Shown here: positions 1-16,930 of the stretch, one piece after another | Position numbering within the stretch: position 1 is the first letter of the stretch | Layout: the number at the start of each line of letters is the position of its first letter | Assembly (NCBI RefSeq): GCF_009914755.1 | Contig: NC_060936.1 | Strand: one strand, 5' to 3' | DNA length: 64,000 nucleotides | DNA from: the human T2T-CHM13v2.0 reference genome, Homo sapiens | Program-made: the position numbers and the translations under genes | Notes under the pieces: model-generated | What the model was told of the DNA's origin: nothing | Databases searched by the model: none | Seen by the model: only the letters and a program-made list of their open reading frames with translations

Positions 1-2
1 TA

Positions 3-1295
<1,293 letters not shown>

Positions 1296-1860
1296 TAATT
1301 TTACGAAACTCTGAAAAGTGGATTCACAAGAGATAGAAACAATCATATATAAAGAGAAACTCTGTAAGTGGAATCATCTTGTCATCTTCCAGAAAACTCA
1401 TACTGAATAGAACTTTATGAATGCACAGCATATGGAAAGGCATCCACAGAAAGCTGTTCTTTACATGCAAAAAGATAGTAGACAATACACAGGAAAACTG
1501 AATTTAGTAACCACTCTGAAAATTTTTAGCAGCAAGTCATACCTTTTTTTAAAAAGTTCATACAGGTGAGGAACCATGTTAAACGTTGTAAAGTCATTTT
1601 ACTAACATAAGATTCACAAAGAGGAAACTTCATGAACCAGATGAATATAGAATAGACTTCTTTGAAATTCATAGTTTACAGAATTTTAATGAGAGAAATT
1701 ATTGAGCTAATGAATGGCAGAATTAACAAAATTACAAACATTTTATGTATCGGAAGCATATACCTTGGAGGGACCATGCTATGAGGGAAAGTGTAAATCT
1801 AGAAATGAGAAACCCCTAGGGAAAAAATATATATAGGAGTGAACATCTTATGAATGTACC
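1296..1860 (+). pseudogene. Decayed zinc-finger coding remnants just after the stop codon
   Basis: Linker and finger-like fragments (aaaactcatactgaa, ttatgaatgcac, catacaggtgaggaaccat, cataagattcaca). 1524-1544 is a 21-nt exact match to 815-835. Confidence 0.7.
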
Positions 1861-4260
1861 AAATAAACCACAGCTGGACTGTTAACCTCACCTTAGAAGC
1901 TTCATTCTAAAAAAAAAAAAAAACAAAAAAAAAAAAACAACCTGTTAATATATCTTAATATTAATTTTGAAGAATTATTTCCTTTAGGAATCATTTTAAG
2001 AAATTTTATTCCAGGTGTTCCAAAATTTCAGGAAAAGGTTTGAGAAAATTCTCAATTATAAATAATAAGATACAGATTATTTCATTGTACAAGTGAATCT
2101 AGTAAGGAGGTTAAGAATAAGAAATAACATCCCAGAGCCTACAGGGATATTTAGATATCTTCCTATGTGTACTACATAATATGAATTTTGCAGTTTGGCA
2201 TTTTACTTGTGAATGCCATATGTGAGACAAAAATCATCTTCCAGAGATTTCAGTATCTCTGATACTGACAATATCTCTGATATGACAATATCATCTTCCA
2301 GAGATTTCTACTCTGCATACCAACATTGTTTCTTTGTGTCTTACCAAATGCAACTTGTTACTAGAATATGACTTATTAAAAATGCATTTCCACACTGCAA
2401 ACATTTTTTAGGGCTATCTTCTGCCCTTTGGAAGCAGTCTTGGCAGCAACCTCTTTAGTAATCAATATAAGGCACACTTCATGTGTTTGTGTAGCCTGGA
2501 ATCTATTCTACCTTCACAGGTTAGAACATCTTGATTTCCTCTTAACGAAACATTCCCTAACGGTGTATGTAGTCATGAGGGAACCACCATTCAAGATGCC
2601 CTGCTCAGGACTTGGCATGAGCACTATGGTCAGCTGAGGCTCAGAACTGTACATTGTTAATGGGTTTTTCAAGTTCAGAAAAGCAACATGAGCTTTTGTT
2701 CTATGGTAGCATGTTGATGTAATAAGTAGCTATTTCAATAGAGGTTCCCAGAACAGCTTTTGTTACTGTCATTTGCTTAACTTTGTTCACTTGTCTTTTA
2801 TTTTGAGCTATTGGGTGTGCTTTTAATACATTCCTTGTTTGATTGCATTAGCCATTGTGTATCTTTTGCATACAGCTTACTAAATCAGATGGCTTCAGAA
2901 ATGGGTGGTAGAGGAGTAGGCAGAAACTTGCAAGGATATGTGGATATTTGGAAATGGTTGTTTCCCAAGACAGGATGGAAGTCTTTTAAGCAAGAAACTT
3001 GGCCCATGCTATGAAGTCATGAAATGAATTGTTGGCATCATGTGCTCACTGAGGCTTTGGGGAAATGGATAAGTTGTCATTGAAAAATTTTAAACAGAAT
3101 TCTGGAGTGGTCAAGAGGGGAATGCTTTTGATACCCATGTATAACATGGAGAATAATGATCTTAAAACTTCAATTTAAGATTATGTGTCAGTGATACTAC
3201 TTAGTTACATGTAGCTATAGAGTCAGAGTGGTGAAAAACTCTGCCAGTTGCTTACTCACAAAGTTAGTTTTCTTCACTACCTCATCAGGTTTGTTATGTG
3301 AGTGGGCATTAATCTGGGAAGAGTGGGACCCTGCCAGTTAGATTAGGGCTATCTTGGAGGAATATGCGGATTCAATACTGCAAATATTTCTGAAACACCT
3401 TCTGCTTTGTACTCTATTAGATACCCAAAGAAATTTTCATCCTTGAAGCGGAGGAATTTAATGATACCTGAATGCCTAACTGTTGTATTCTGCTTATACA
3501 GAATCCAATCTCAAGATACTTGGGGTGAAGAATGATGATTCACAGAAGGGAAGGGACATCTTACATAAACAAATAATTGCAGATACTTGCTAAAGTGTAT
3601 CCCCCAATCTGGGAAATACTGTAAAGGTGTATATTATTATTGATGTACCAAAGAAGACAGAATAAATTCATAGGAGAAAGTTTATATTCAGTTTACTACT
3701 ACCTAGGGTTAGATTTTAGTTTGTTGTTTTTTCAGATGCAAATCTACATGCAGCCTTGCCTGGTAGAAGCCAGAAGTGTTGACAGTATTGAGGACAGCAC
3801 TCACATACTGTGGGAAAGAATAATACTTGATTAGGACTTATTATTTAATGAAATGAAAATTTTACAAAACAGAAATTGAGTTACTGGTTTGTAAATCTAT
3901 CTAGTCCTTCTACCCCAGCCCCAGAAAAGAAAGACATTCCAGAGACTTTTCAGGAATAGTTATTATAAGGAAAATCCAAGGAAAAATAACCCCAATATTT
4001 TACAACTTCCCCATCAAATAGAAATTTAGGAGAAAAAATGACTTGCAAACCATATTTGTGAACATAGGTTTAAAAATCCATATTTGTGAACATAGGTTTA
4101 AAAATTCTAAATGGAATTATAGCAAACCAATGTATAGCTAACAAGAAAGTCATGATATTAGGTTTAACAGACTATTAGTGGATCCAGCATCCTTTGTTCA
4201 TTACCAGCAGAATCACTATTATTTATAATGGCAGTATGCCCACTTAAAAAGAGATATATG

Positions 4261-4553
4261 GGGCCAGGCACGGTGGCTCACACCTATACTCCCAGCACTT
4301 CAGGAGGCTGAGATGGTGGATCACCTGAGGTCAGGAGTTTGAGACCAGCCTGGCCAACATGGTGAAACCCCTCTCTACTAAAAATACAAAAAAATAGCAG
4401 GGCATGGTAACTGACACCTATAATCCCAGCTACTTGGGAGGCTGGGACGGGAGAATCACTTGAATCTAGGAGGCGGAAGTTGCAGTGAGCTGAGATCGTA
4501 CCACTGTACTCCACCCTGGGTGACAGAACTAGACCCTGTCTCAAAAAACAAAA
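4261..4553 (+). mobile_element. Alu (AluS-type)
   Basis: ggccaggcacggtggctcacacc through ctgtctcaaaaaacaaaa; dimeric structure. Confidence 0.93.
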
Positions 4554-4799
4554 GAGTATGTTTGGAAGATTTAATATTAGAAAATATTTTAATTAACTAC
4601 CAGATAAAACTCATAAGGATTATCTCAGTATATGCTGATAAATCACTTGATGGAATTTAACACCCATAGATGACACTAAAATACTATTAAGTTGGGAATT
4701 AAAATTAACTCCTGTAACTTGGTAGGGAATATATGTTCTGAAAACACAAATGTCATACTTAATGATAAAATAGTAGAAAGATTCCTTTAAAGTAAAATT

Positions 4800-5407
4800 A
4801 GCCAGGTGCAGTGGCTCATCCATGTAATACCAGCACTTGGGAAGGCTGAGGCTGGAGGATTGCTGGAACCCAGGAGTTCGAGACAAGCCTGACCAATATA
4901 GGGAGACCCTGTCTGTACAAAAACTTTTTAAAAAGATTAGCCAGGTGTGGTCAGGCGCCGTGGCTCATGCCTGTAATCCCAGCACTTTGGGAGGCCGAGG
5001 TGGGCAGATCACTTGAGGTCAGGATTTCAAGACCAGTGTGGCTAACATGGTGAAACCCCGTCTCTACTAAAAATACAAAAGTCAGCCAGGTGTGGTGGCA
5101 CGTGCCTGTAATCCCATCTACTCGGGAGGCTGAGGCAGAAGAATTGCTTGAACCTAGGAGGTGGCAGTTGCAGTGAGCCAAGATTGCACCACTGCACTCC
5201 AGGCTGGGCGACAGAACAAGCCTCCATCTCAAAAAAAAGATCAGCCAGGTGTAGTGGCAAGTGCCGGTAGTCCCACCTACTGAGGAGGCTGAGGCAGGAG
5301 GTTAGCTTGAGTCCAGTAGTTCAAGGCTACAGTGAGCTATGATCATGCCCCTGCACTCCATCCTGGGCAACAAAGTGAGACCCTGTCTGTAAAAAACAAA
5401 GCAAAAT
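4800..5407 (+). mobile_element. Older Alu (AluJ-like) with a younger AluS (about 4949-5238) nested inside
   Basis: Left arm 4800-4930, full Alu, then right arm 5240-5400; aaaagat(t/c)agccaggtgt is duplicated on both sides of the inner Alu. Confidence 0.85.
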
Positions 5408-5671
5408 TACAAGAATGCGCATCACTTTTATGAAATGAGTAACATCTAGCCAAGGTGTGAAAACAAGGAATGTGAGGAATTAGGGATGGGTGCAGAAACA
5501 ACTGCCATGAATTGGAGATGTGATCGTGTAATTAGGAAACCCAAAATAAACCACAAACAAATGTTTGGAACTGCCAGTAGAATAGCAAGTATGCAGTTGT
5601 CAGTATTCATGGAGGACCCCCCCCAACCACAGATACTCCCTGTGGATGCTCAAGCTCCTTATATGGCATAG

Positions 5672-5964
<293 letters not shown>

Positions 5965-6009
5965 GGTCTGTATTGATTTTTCTTAATTCTTTGCTAAAGG
6001 GCCAGGTAG

Positions 6010-6150
<141 letters not shown>

Positions 6151-6288
6151 TAAATAAATTCTGATTTTGGTATAAATGATATATTTAAATTTAAATGAAG
6201 TTGCAAGTTTTAACATGTCTACTCTTTAATTTTCAACATTGTTTCAACTACTTGTTAGAAACACAGGCCATTAAAACATTAATAAAAA

Positions 6289-6563
6289 GGCTGGGCATGG
6301 TGGCTCATGCCTGTAATCTCAGCATTTTGTGAGGCTGAGGCAGGTGGATGACTTGAGGTCAGGAGTTCGAGACCAGCCTGGTGAAACCCCGTCTCTACTA
6401 AAAATACAAAAATTGGCCAGCTGTGGTGGCATGCATCTATAATCCAAGCTACTCAGGAGAATTGCTTGAACTGGAGAGGCGGAGGTTGCAGTGAGCTGAG
6501 ATTGTGCCATTGCACTCCAGCCCGGGCAGCAGAGTGAGACTCCTTCAAAAAAAATTAATAAAA
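6289..6563 (+). mobile_element. Alu with small internal deletions
   Basis: ggctgggcatggtggctcatgcc through gagtgagactccttcaaaaaaa. Confidence 0.9.
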
Positions 6564-6959
6564 GCAAGCACATAGGGTGCACATTTGCCCTTCCCTCTTG
6601 GGATCCAGGGTGATCCCACAGGTGCTGTTCATCCCCAACTTTGACCTGGACTGTTCCAGTGTTTTGTCGCAGTGTTTCTCCCTTTTTTTGTACTGGGATT
6701 TCTCCCCAGAAACAAACCCATATGTATAAAAAGTAGTTGGGCTTGCTATAAAGATGACTAGTGGAAACCTCAATAGAGGTACGATTTCCTAAAATAAATC
6801 TTGTTCAGATATTACAGGGCAAAGTAAAACAGCAAAGCTCCCTCCTCAGCACTCAGGGTGCAGGCCTCACTTTTCCTCATCTTTTCCTCCTGTGGCCTCC
6901 ATGTATCCCAAAGGTGAGATGACATCGCCCCAGATTGGTCCGGAAAGTGCACTGGTCGT

Positions 6960-7562
6960 CACTGTGGGTGTACCCTACAGGAGTCTTCAGATATGGAAGC
7001 TCTGGATCTCACTGTGATGTATCCCCCTAGGGGGTCCCCAGGTTGTGAGGAAAAGGAAGCTTTAGTCCTCACTGTGGTTGCATCCCCCACCACGGGTCAG
7101 TCCTGAGGAGGATACTCTGGTCATCACTGTGATCTACCTCCCAGGGGTCCCCAGGTTGGTCCTGAGGAGAAGGAAGCTCAGAACCTCACTGTGGATTTGC
7201 CCCACGAGGGTCCCTAGGTCAGTCCTGAAGAGAAACAAGCTCCAGTCTTCACTGTGGTTGTGCCCCACAGTGGTCCTCAGGTTGGCCAGTGGAGAAGGAA
7301 GCTCTGGTTCTCAGTGTGATGCATCCCCCAGGTTGGTCCTGAGATGAGGTAAATTCTGGTCATCACTGTGAAGTGCCCTCGGGGGTCTCCGGGTCCTGAG
7401 TAGAAGCAAGGTCTGTTTGTCACTGTGGATTCCCCCCTGCCAAGGGTCCCCAGGTCAGTCCTGAGGAGAAGGCAGCTCGGTCTTTACTGTGATGCAGCCT
7501 CTAGTGATCCCCAGGTCCTGAGTAGAAGGAAGGCCTGGTCCTCTGTGGATTCAACCCAGAGG
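6960..7562. repeat. Degenerate tandem array, about 10-11 units of 50-64 bp
   Basis: Units start with (C)ACTGTG near 6961, 7011, 7071, 7127, 7188, 7251, 7313, 7365, 7422, 7486 and 7542; shared core ccccagg..gtcctgaggagaaggaagctc. Confidence 0.85.
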
Positions 7563-7899
7563 TCTGTGAGCAGAATGCAGGTACTGCAAGCAGGCTAGAC
7601 AAGGTGTGTGCTTGCACCCCTTCCTTACTACCTAGGCACAGTGTTGGATGGTCAGTGCTTCCTGTTTTGTGATGGCCATGTGCCCCCTCTTGCAGTCCCA
7701 GTGAACCCCTGAAATTCAATCTTACGATTTTCCATGCCATAATTTTGGAAAACGAAACTGAAATAGAGTCCATCATTCCATGCCTTAATTGGAATGGATA
7801 GAGATAATAAAAGGCAAAGTAGATGGCCATAGACAAAAGTCAAGTGATTTCCTATATATTTGAAATAATGTATAGCAATAATTGGAATTTGTAATGAAT

Positions 7900-8960
<1,061 letters not shown>

Positions 8961-9182
8961 AAATAGGAGGATATAATGATAGAAACAGGCACAAATGGGC
9001 CTTTGGAGAGTGTACTCCCTCTGCTTGGTGAAATTATGCTGGGTGTGTGTGGAAGAGCCTGGGATGTATAATGCCAGCATGAACAAAAAGGCCACTTATC
9101 ACTCCAGGAGAGCAGGGTGTTCTTTCATCACACATGAAATTATTTCAGGATCAGTTCCAAGGGAGACTTTCATGTGTGATTT

Positions 9183-9282
9183 TATATATATATATATATA
9201 TGTATATATACACACACACATACACACACACATATATACACATATATATACACATATACACATATATATACACATATATATA
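9183..9282. repeat. Compound (TA)n/(CA)n microsatellite
   Basis: Visible directly: tatatatata...cacacacata...catatatata. Confidence 0.95.
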
Positions 9283-9454
9283 ATAAGAACATTTACCATT
9301 TTAACTATTTTTAAGTGTACACTTCAGTGGCATGAAGTACATTATTTCCATTATTGTGCAACTATCATTTTACATTCCACCAGCAGTGCACAAGGCTTCC
9401 AATTTCTCCACATACTTCCCAATATTAATTAGTTTGTTTCTCTCTCATTTCATA

Positions 9455-9861
<407 letters not shown>

Positions 9862-10056
9862 TCCATATTTTTTATAATAGCCACTCTAACATGTATGAAA
9901 TGGTATCTCATTGTGGTTTTGATTTTCCTTTACCTAATGGCTAGTGATGTTGAAAATCTTTTCATGTACTTCTTGGCACTGGATTTGGCAATGATTTATT
10001 GGATATGACACCAGAAGCATGGGAAACAAAAGAAAAAATAGGTAAATTGGACTTCA

Positions 10057-10703
<647 letters not shown>

Positions 10704-11093
10704 GGTGAATATAGGAGAAAAGACACTGTAAAATAATATACCTGATAAGGGTCTAGTATCCAGAACATATAAAGAACTCTTACAACCCAACAACAAAAAG
10801 ACAACCCAATATCAAAATGGGCAGAGGACTTGAAGAGACTTTTCTGTAAAGAAGATATGCAAATAGCATATGAAACGATACTCAACATCACTAGCCATCA
10901 TGGAAATATAAATCAAAAATACAATGAGATAACACTCCATACCCATCAGAATGTCTTATTATTTTAAAAACAAACCAGAAACAAGTATTGACAAAGAAGT
11001 GGAGAAATGTGAACACCGCTGTAAAATGGTAAAGCTGCTATGACTGACCCTTGCTACAACGTGGAGGAACCTCAGAAACATTGTGCTGAGAAC

Positions 11094-11225
11094 CCAGCAC
11101 AAGGCCACACACCTGTAATCCCAGCTACTCGGGAGGCTGAGGTGGGAGGGTCGCTTGAGCCTGGGAGTTCAAGTCCAGTCTGGGCAGCATAGCAAGACTC
11201 CATGTCTACAAAGATAAAAATAAAA
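11094..11225 (+). mobile_element. FLAM/Alu monomer
   Basis: cacacctgtaatcccagctactcgggaggctgaggtggg through agcaagactccatgtctac. Confidence 0.8.
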
Positions 11226-11511
11226 GCAATGTGCAGAAAGAGGCTGGCCACAAAAAGGTCACATACTGTATGATACCACTTATATGAAATACCCAGAATG
11301 GGTAAATCCAAAGAGAGCATATTGGTGGTTGTCAAGGGTCGGAGGGAGGATGAAATGTGTGACAGCTGCTTAATGGATGGAGGATTTCCTTTGGGGTGAT
11401 GCAACTATTTTGGAACTAAGAGGTGGTGGCTGCACAATGTTGTGCATGGACTAAATGTCACAGAAATGTACATTTTTAAAAGTTAATTTTATATTGTGTA
11501 AATTTTACCTC

Positions 11512-11517
11512 AATAAA
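11512..11517 (+). terminator. Candidate distal polyadenylation signal (AATAAA) for a long ZNF268 3' UTR, supplied by an L1 3' end
   Basis: AATAAA sits at the end of the L1M fragment. It fits my recollection of a roughly 10-kb annotated UTR, which the sequence alone cannot confirm. Confidence 0.45.
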
Positions 11518-12741
11518 AAAATCTAGTCCACAGCATTCCCTCACCAGGGTCAGCCCTCTTAGCCTCACATTTAAGTCCCTCCATAGCCCAGTGCTGCCTG
11601 GGCCTGGCCAACCACATTCCAGACATGTGCTCCAGCCACACCATCTGCCAGCTCCTAAACCCATGGCTGTTTCATCATTCCAGGTCCAGGTCACCTTCTG
11701 ATGCCTTCACAGACACTAAGTGATCAGCAGTGCCTCCTTAGGGCACACAGGGTCTTTTGAAACTTGCATTGCTGGAATTCATAGCTCGGCACGTGGTATC
11801 CAAGGGTTGTCCCATTTCAATAAGGAGAAATCAGTGTTTTCTGACCATCACCATGCAGCTCTCTTGCTCAGGTGACTCACAGCTATCTGCTAGGTATGGC
11901 TAGTTCCTTGTGCAGAGGGGAGGGCCAGGCTCAGGTGATTGAATGATTCACCTGCAATCACACAGCCTCCAAGTGAGGTTCACACTCAGGTTCCAGCCCA
12001 GAACCTCGTTTCCAGGTGCCACTCAAAGTTTGTGAGTCACATGAACCTGTGTCCAGGCCACACAGGAGAGGTAACCCAGCTGTGGGGGCACTTGTCTGGT
12101 CATGAGATGGCCCAAGTCCCGCGTGAAGCCTCATGAGCCACACAGACCCTATCATAAATACACCAGCCTGGGGCTCCCCAGAGGCCAGCTCCAGGAAGTG
12201 GAATCATGCTAGTATTGTAATATTTAGTTAGAACTGAGGCCACCTGCAACTCGCTGCCATCTACACCGCTTCCACTCTCTGGTTGCTAACGATCAATGCT
12301 AGGGCCTGCCTCAACCCTGATGATTCAGCTCCACTGAAGCTCCCCAGAAACCTCCGGGGCTCTGCAGGCAAGCAGAGTGGGAGGGATGTTATCTGAGTCA
12401 GAAGGGGCTTTTGCCTTTGGAGGCCTGGGACTGTACGACTTTCTGCCCAGGTCACAGGAGGTATGGGAGCCCCCATGAGAGGTCCCTTGCTGTGGTTCAC
12501 CGTCCAGAGAAGGACCAGCCTCTGGTTTTTCCTGCCTTCAAAACACCAGCACCTCAACCCCAGAACAGTCTGGATCCAGCCCTTACTGGGCAAGGGATCC
12601 CAATGCCAGCCCCAAACCCAGCAGTTAGGCCCTCCTGTGAACTGCCTGGAGCACCAGGTACAAGGATGGGGCACCCTGGGAGGGGCCATGATTACTTGGC
12701 ACCAGCAGGGATATGGTGATCACCAGCAGAGACAGAGACAC

Positions 12742-13142
12742 TGCTGGGGTTGAATTATATCCCCCAAATTCATATGTTCAAGTACTGACCCCCAGTAGCT
12801 GTGAATGCGGCCTTATATGGAAATAGGGTCTTTGCAGATGATAAATGTGAGATGAAGTAATTAAAGCCAGCCTTAATCCACTATGATTGTGTCCTTATAA
12901 AAAGGGGGAATTTGGACACAGACATGCATACAGGGAGGAAGGCTACTGAAGACTGAAGCTTCAATGTCACAAGCCAAGAAACAAGTAGAACTGGGGAGAG
13001 GCCTGGGGGCAATCCTTTCCACTCTTCAGAAAGAGCATGACTCAGTCTCCTGGATTTCCCAACTCGGAGACAACAAATCTCCGTTGCTCTAAGCCTCTCA
13101 GTTTGTGGTGCTTTGTTACAGCAGCCCTAGGAAAGGAACACA
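12742..13142 (+). mobile_element. MaLR solo LTR (MLT1B/C-like)
   Basis: ggttgaatt...ccccaaattcatatgtt...atggaaatagggtctttgcagatg...tttgttacagcagccctaggaaa. Confidence 0.8.
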
Positions 13143-13299
13143 GGCATGCTCCATCCACCACTCTCTCCAGACCACAGCTGCCTCCCAAGCCCACCCGAGA
13201 GGGTGAGTCAGGGAAGTAGGGCTCTTCATGGGCCACCACTGCTATTGGGTGGTCATTTCCACTCTGTCTGGAAGTCCTGGTCTCAGTTCTCAGTCTCCT

Positions 13300-13432
13300 G
13301 GTGCTGTTTTAGGCTCTACCTTGCTGTCCCTGGGGCTGCACCTGAGCCTCCACCCCTGTCCCTGGGGCTGTCCTGAGCTTCTACCTTGCTGTCACTGGAG
13401 CTGCCCTGAGCCCCCACCTCGCTGTCCCTGGA
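13300..13432. repeat. Short GC-rich tandem repeat (about 30-38 bp, about 4 copies)
   Basis: Recurrent ccttgctgtccctggggctg...ctgagc. Confidence 0.65.
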
Positions 13433-15035
13433 GTCCAGAAAGCCCAGGGCTGGCCAAACCCCACCCCTCATACCTCTCTTGGCCCCTCCTCCCAGCCATC
13501 AATCCACTGGAACAGCCATTATGTCCCTTCATTCTCTAGACAGGTGCCTCAGGAAGGCACAGAAAGGGGTCACACCACTTGGTCATGGTGCCTTACCTGT
13601 GTCCACTGGACTCAGGCTGGTCCTTTAATGGGATGAGGGCAGAACAGGCTGTGGGGCCACATCCCATTGTCAGAGAGGCCAGGGATAAAGCCAGAAAGGA
13701 GACAGGGGAAGGAAGGGCCTGTGGGCAGCAGTTCCTCCTCATAGGTGCTGAACAGAGAAAGTGAGGAGCCTCCAGCCTCCATCCTGGCAGGACCATCAAC
13801 CACTGGTAGAGATCCCCTTTTGGGAGGTCCAGTCCTAGCCAAGGGCCAGCTCCAGAGACTTTGGTCCATTTTCTCTAGAATGGACATGATACAGCTGTCT
13901 GAGTCAGGACTCTAGAATGTTCAGGACTGAGCCCTGCTGAGGACAAGAGGGAACAACATGCCATGGAGATCCTTGTGCAGCCTGGGCCTCTGACTGTGAC
14001 CAGCTAGCACCCAGTGCCTCTTTGCTGGGTCTCTGGGCCCTGCTGGTTGCAGGAAAGGCCTCAGCCCAGGGATGGGATGGGCCCAGGCTCTGCGTGTTTC
14101 CTGGGAGGGCCAAAGGGTGGTGCCTCCCATAGCAGCCCAAAGCACAGTAGTCACTGCTGCTGCTTCTGCCCTGAGTCTGGGGGAGCCGGCATGTGGGGAA
14201 CATGGGGGCTGGTTCTCCTGCGACAGGGAGGCAAGCAGCTGTGCCCTCCACTCCACACCACCCTGTTGGCAGCACATCCTTCAAGCTCAGGGTTGCTGGG
14301 AAGCTGGTCCCAGTGCCCTCCTGCTTCTCCTCCAGGCCTGGGGATTGCCAGGGATGCATGGGGCCACAGGTGAGCAATGCAATGGTTGCCAGACACCAAG
14401 GCTCCTGTTCTCTTTGCCACACTACCCCATTCCCTCCCTATCACAATGCTCTTCTGCAACCTCCGTCAAGATTCTCCTGTTCTCCCGACCCCCACCGTCA
14501 GATCTCCCAGCTATGGCTCCTCCTTCTGTTCCACCCATGACCCCACAGGAAGGTTGGTATTTGTGCCTTTGCCTCTCACAGAGCAGCTTGGGAGCTCCTG
14601 AGAGCAGGGCCAGAGTCTGACTTCTCTGGGTTAAGGGCTACTGATCTCAGCCCAGACCACATGTGGCTCTCCCCTGAGATGGGCACGTGGCCAGGTGAGC
14701 ACAAGGTCACAGACACTCCAAAATCCACAGTCCACACCTAGGGCTACCATAATCGACCCAGAAATTCAGCTTCCAGGAATTTATCCTAATAATAGCCAGG
14801 TGAAGGGCAAAGGGCAGAGGGCAGGGTTGCCCACGCTAATGCTGCATATAAAACAGACACACTGGAAACTCCAGATGTCCATCTGTCGGGCACTGCTGCA
14901 TGATTAATGTACACCCACATCATGAAACACTGGCCCCGGGTGGAAAGGCTGATGTTCATCTCTGTACTTTGACATGGACAGATGCCCAGGATACATGGTT
15001 AAGTGAATACAAGGGGGGAGTTCAAAACATTAAAC

Positions 15036-15041
15036 TTTAAT
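15036..15041 (-). terminator. Candidate ANHX polyadenylation signal ATTAAA
   Basis: tttaat on + reads ATTAAA on -, about 550 nt after the ANHX stop. Confidence 0.55.
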
Positions 15042-15588
15042 TGACTACAACATTTGTGTCATAGACACAGTGAATTACAACCTGGAGGGAAAATCCACCC
15101 TACTCTGCCCTGCCTAGGCCATTCGCAGACAGGTTTGCCTCCCAGTACTCAAGGGAGAAGCCCCTACACACAGAAATCTCAGAACACTCCTCATACCTCA
15201 CTCAGTTAACTTGGTGGAAAAGTCTGGCTGTGTGCACGGGCAGACGGCAAGGCAGCCAGCAGCAGAACACTCCCCTCTCTAGAATGGCCTTCTCTGCACG
15301 AGTGCCCCGGAGCCCGACTGATCCAGTGCTGCGTGAGTGGGACAGACCCACCTTTGACTTCTGATCTCACGAACATTTCTCAAATGCTTTCTCTACTACA
15401 GGGAATTGCTAACCAAACTATTCAAACATGGCAGTGGGAAAGAATCTCTGCTTTTCAGCAGAGCCCCCAGGGGAACTCTGGGGACCTTCATTTTGTATTC
15501 AGGATAAAGCTCTGTAACTCCTTGTGTTGACCAGGGAGACCATCCACACCCGCTCCTCCTGGGGTGCTGTCTGGCTCCTGGGGATAGC

Positions 15589-15720
<132 letters not shown>

Positions 15721-15965
15721 TCAAGACCTGCCCTCCCACCTGGGCACCTCCTGACCTTGGGAAGACCCCCCGCAACCAGTCTGGACTCAGGAGGGAATGT
15801 TGCCCCACAGCATCCCTCACCCCAGCTCCCAGTCCAGTAATGTCCAGCCACAAATCATCTTTGCCCCTTGTTTATCTTTGCCTGGTGTATTCACTCCAGT
15901 GGCACTAGCTGAACCCTCCTCAGCACCATGAGCTGCAGATCCAGGAGTAAAGAGGGAATCCTTCA

Positions 15966-16100
<135 letters not shown>

Positions 16101-16399
16101 CTATCTCAAGGGGACACTGGGGTGACAAAATCCACCCAGCTGTGCTTTCTTCCTCATCAGGAGACATTCTAGTACTTGACACTCATCAGAACAGACTCTC
16201 TTCCTGCAGGGCTGTCACGTATGTAGGGTGTTAGGAGGGGAACATGTTACACAGAGAGCAGGGTCACCCGGTGGGTCATAGGGGCAACTGCACAGAGGGC
16301 TAAGAGCAGGGTCATGGAAGAGCCAGTGAACAGAAATGTGGAGGAAACAGAGACCTCAAAGGAGGAAGAGCCGGGATGCACGGCACAGTCACTCAGGAC

Positions 16400-16930
16400 A
16401 AGGGGCGGTGGTTCTTCAGCAAGGTCAACGCATACTAGCATGTGACATGGCCACGGCACTCCTGGGCATGCACCATGAGAAATGAAGGCAGGTGTGCAGA
16501 CTATACACATACAGGATGTTCACAGCAGCTTTATCTGTGATGCCCCCAAATCCCCATCCACAGGACAAGGGTGAAGAAGCTGTGGCACATCCACGCAATG
16601 GCACGTGGCTCCCCAGAGAGAGAAAGAACTGTTCATGCATCCAAAACATGGTGACTCTCAAAGTCGTCATGCAGAGCGAAGGAAGCCAGACCACAGCAAA
16701 ACAAAGACCCGAAAATATACCGTATTTACATGAAATTCTATAAAATGCAGCTAATCCTTAGTGACAGAAGCAGATCCATGGTCCTGGGTGGCCAGGGAGA
16801 GGCGAAAGGCAGGAGGAGGGTACATTGAAGACCTTCATCACGGTGGTGGCCTCGTGTGGATGTGAAAGTCACACTGAGAAAATTCAGGTGCTCCGTCTAC
16901 ACATGTACAGCCAATTACACCTCAATGAAG
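16400..16930 (+). mobile_element. Highly diverged L1M 3' fragment in an ANHX intron
   Basis: ggatgttcacagcagctttat...aacatggtgactctcaaagtcgtcatgcagagcgaaggaagccagac. Confidence 0.55.

Noticed and set aside
1909-1940. Genomic A-run as a processed-pseudogene tail or true mRNA end
   Set aside because: There is no convincing TSD or parent. It is more likely a simple A-tract that could cause oligo-dT internal priming.
6960-7562. CRISPR-like or V(D)J RSS array
   Set aside because: The context is eukaryotic, the whole unit is repeated with no unique spacers, there are no cas genes, and no RSS nonamers are visible.
13904-14620. Cluster of 100-180-aa ORFs downstream of ANHX
   Set aside because: They overlap on both strands in GC-rich sequence, with no recognisable domain or exon chain.
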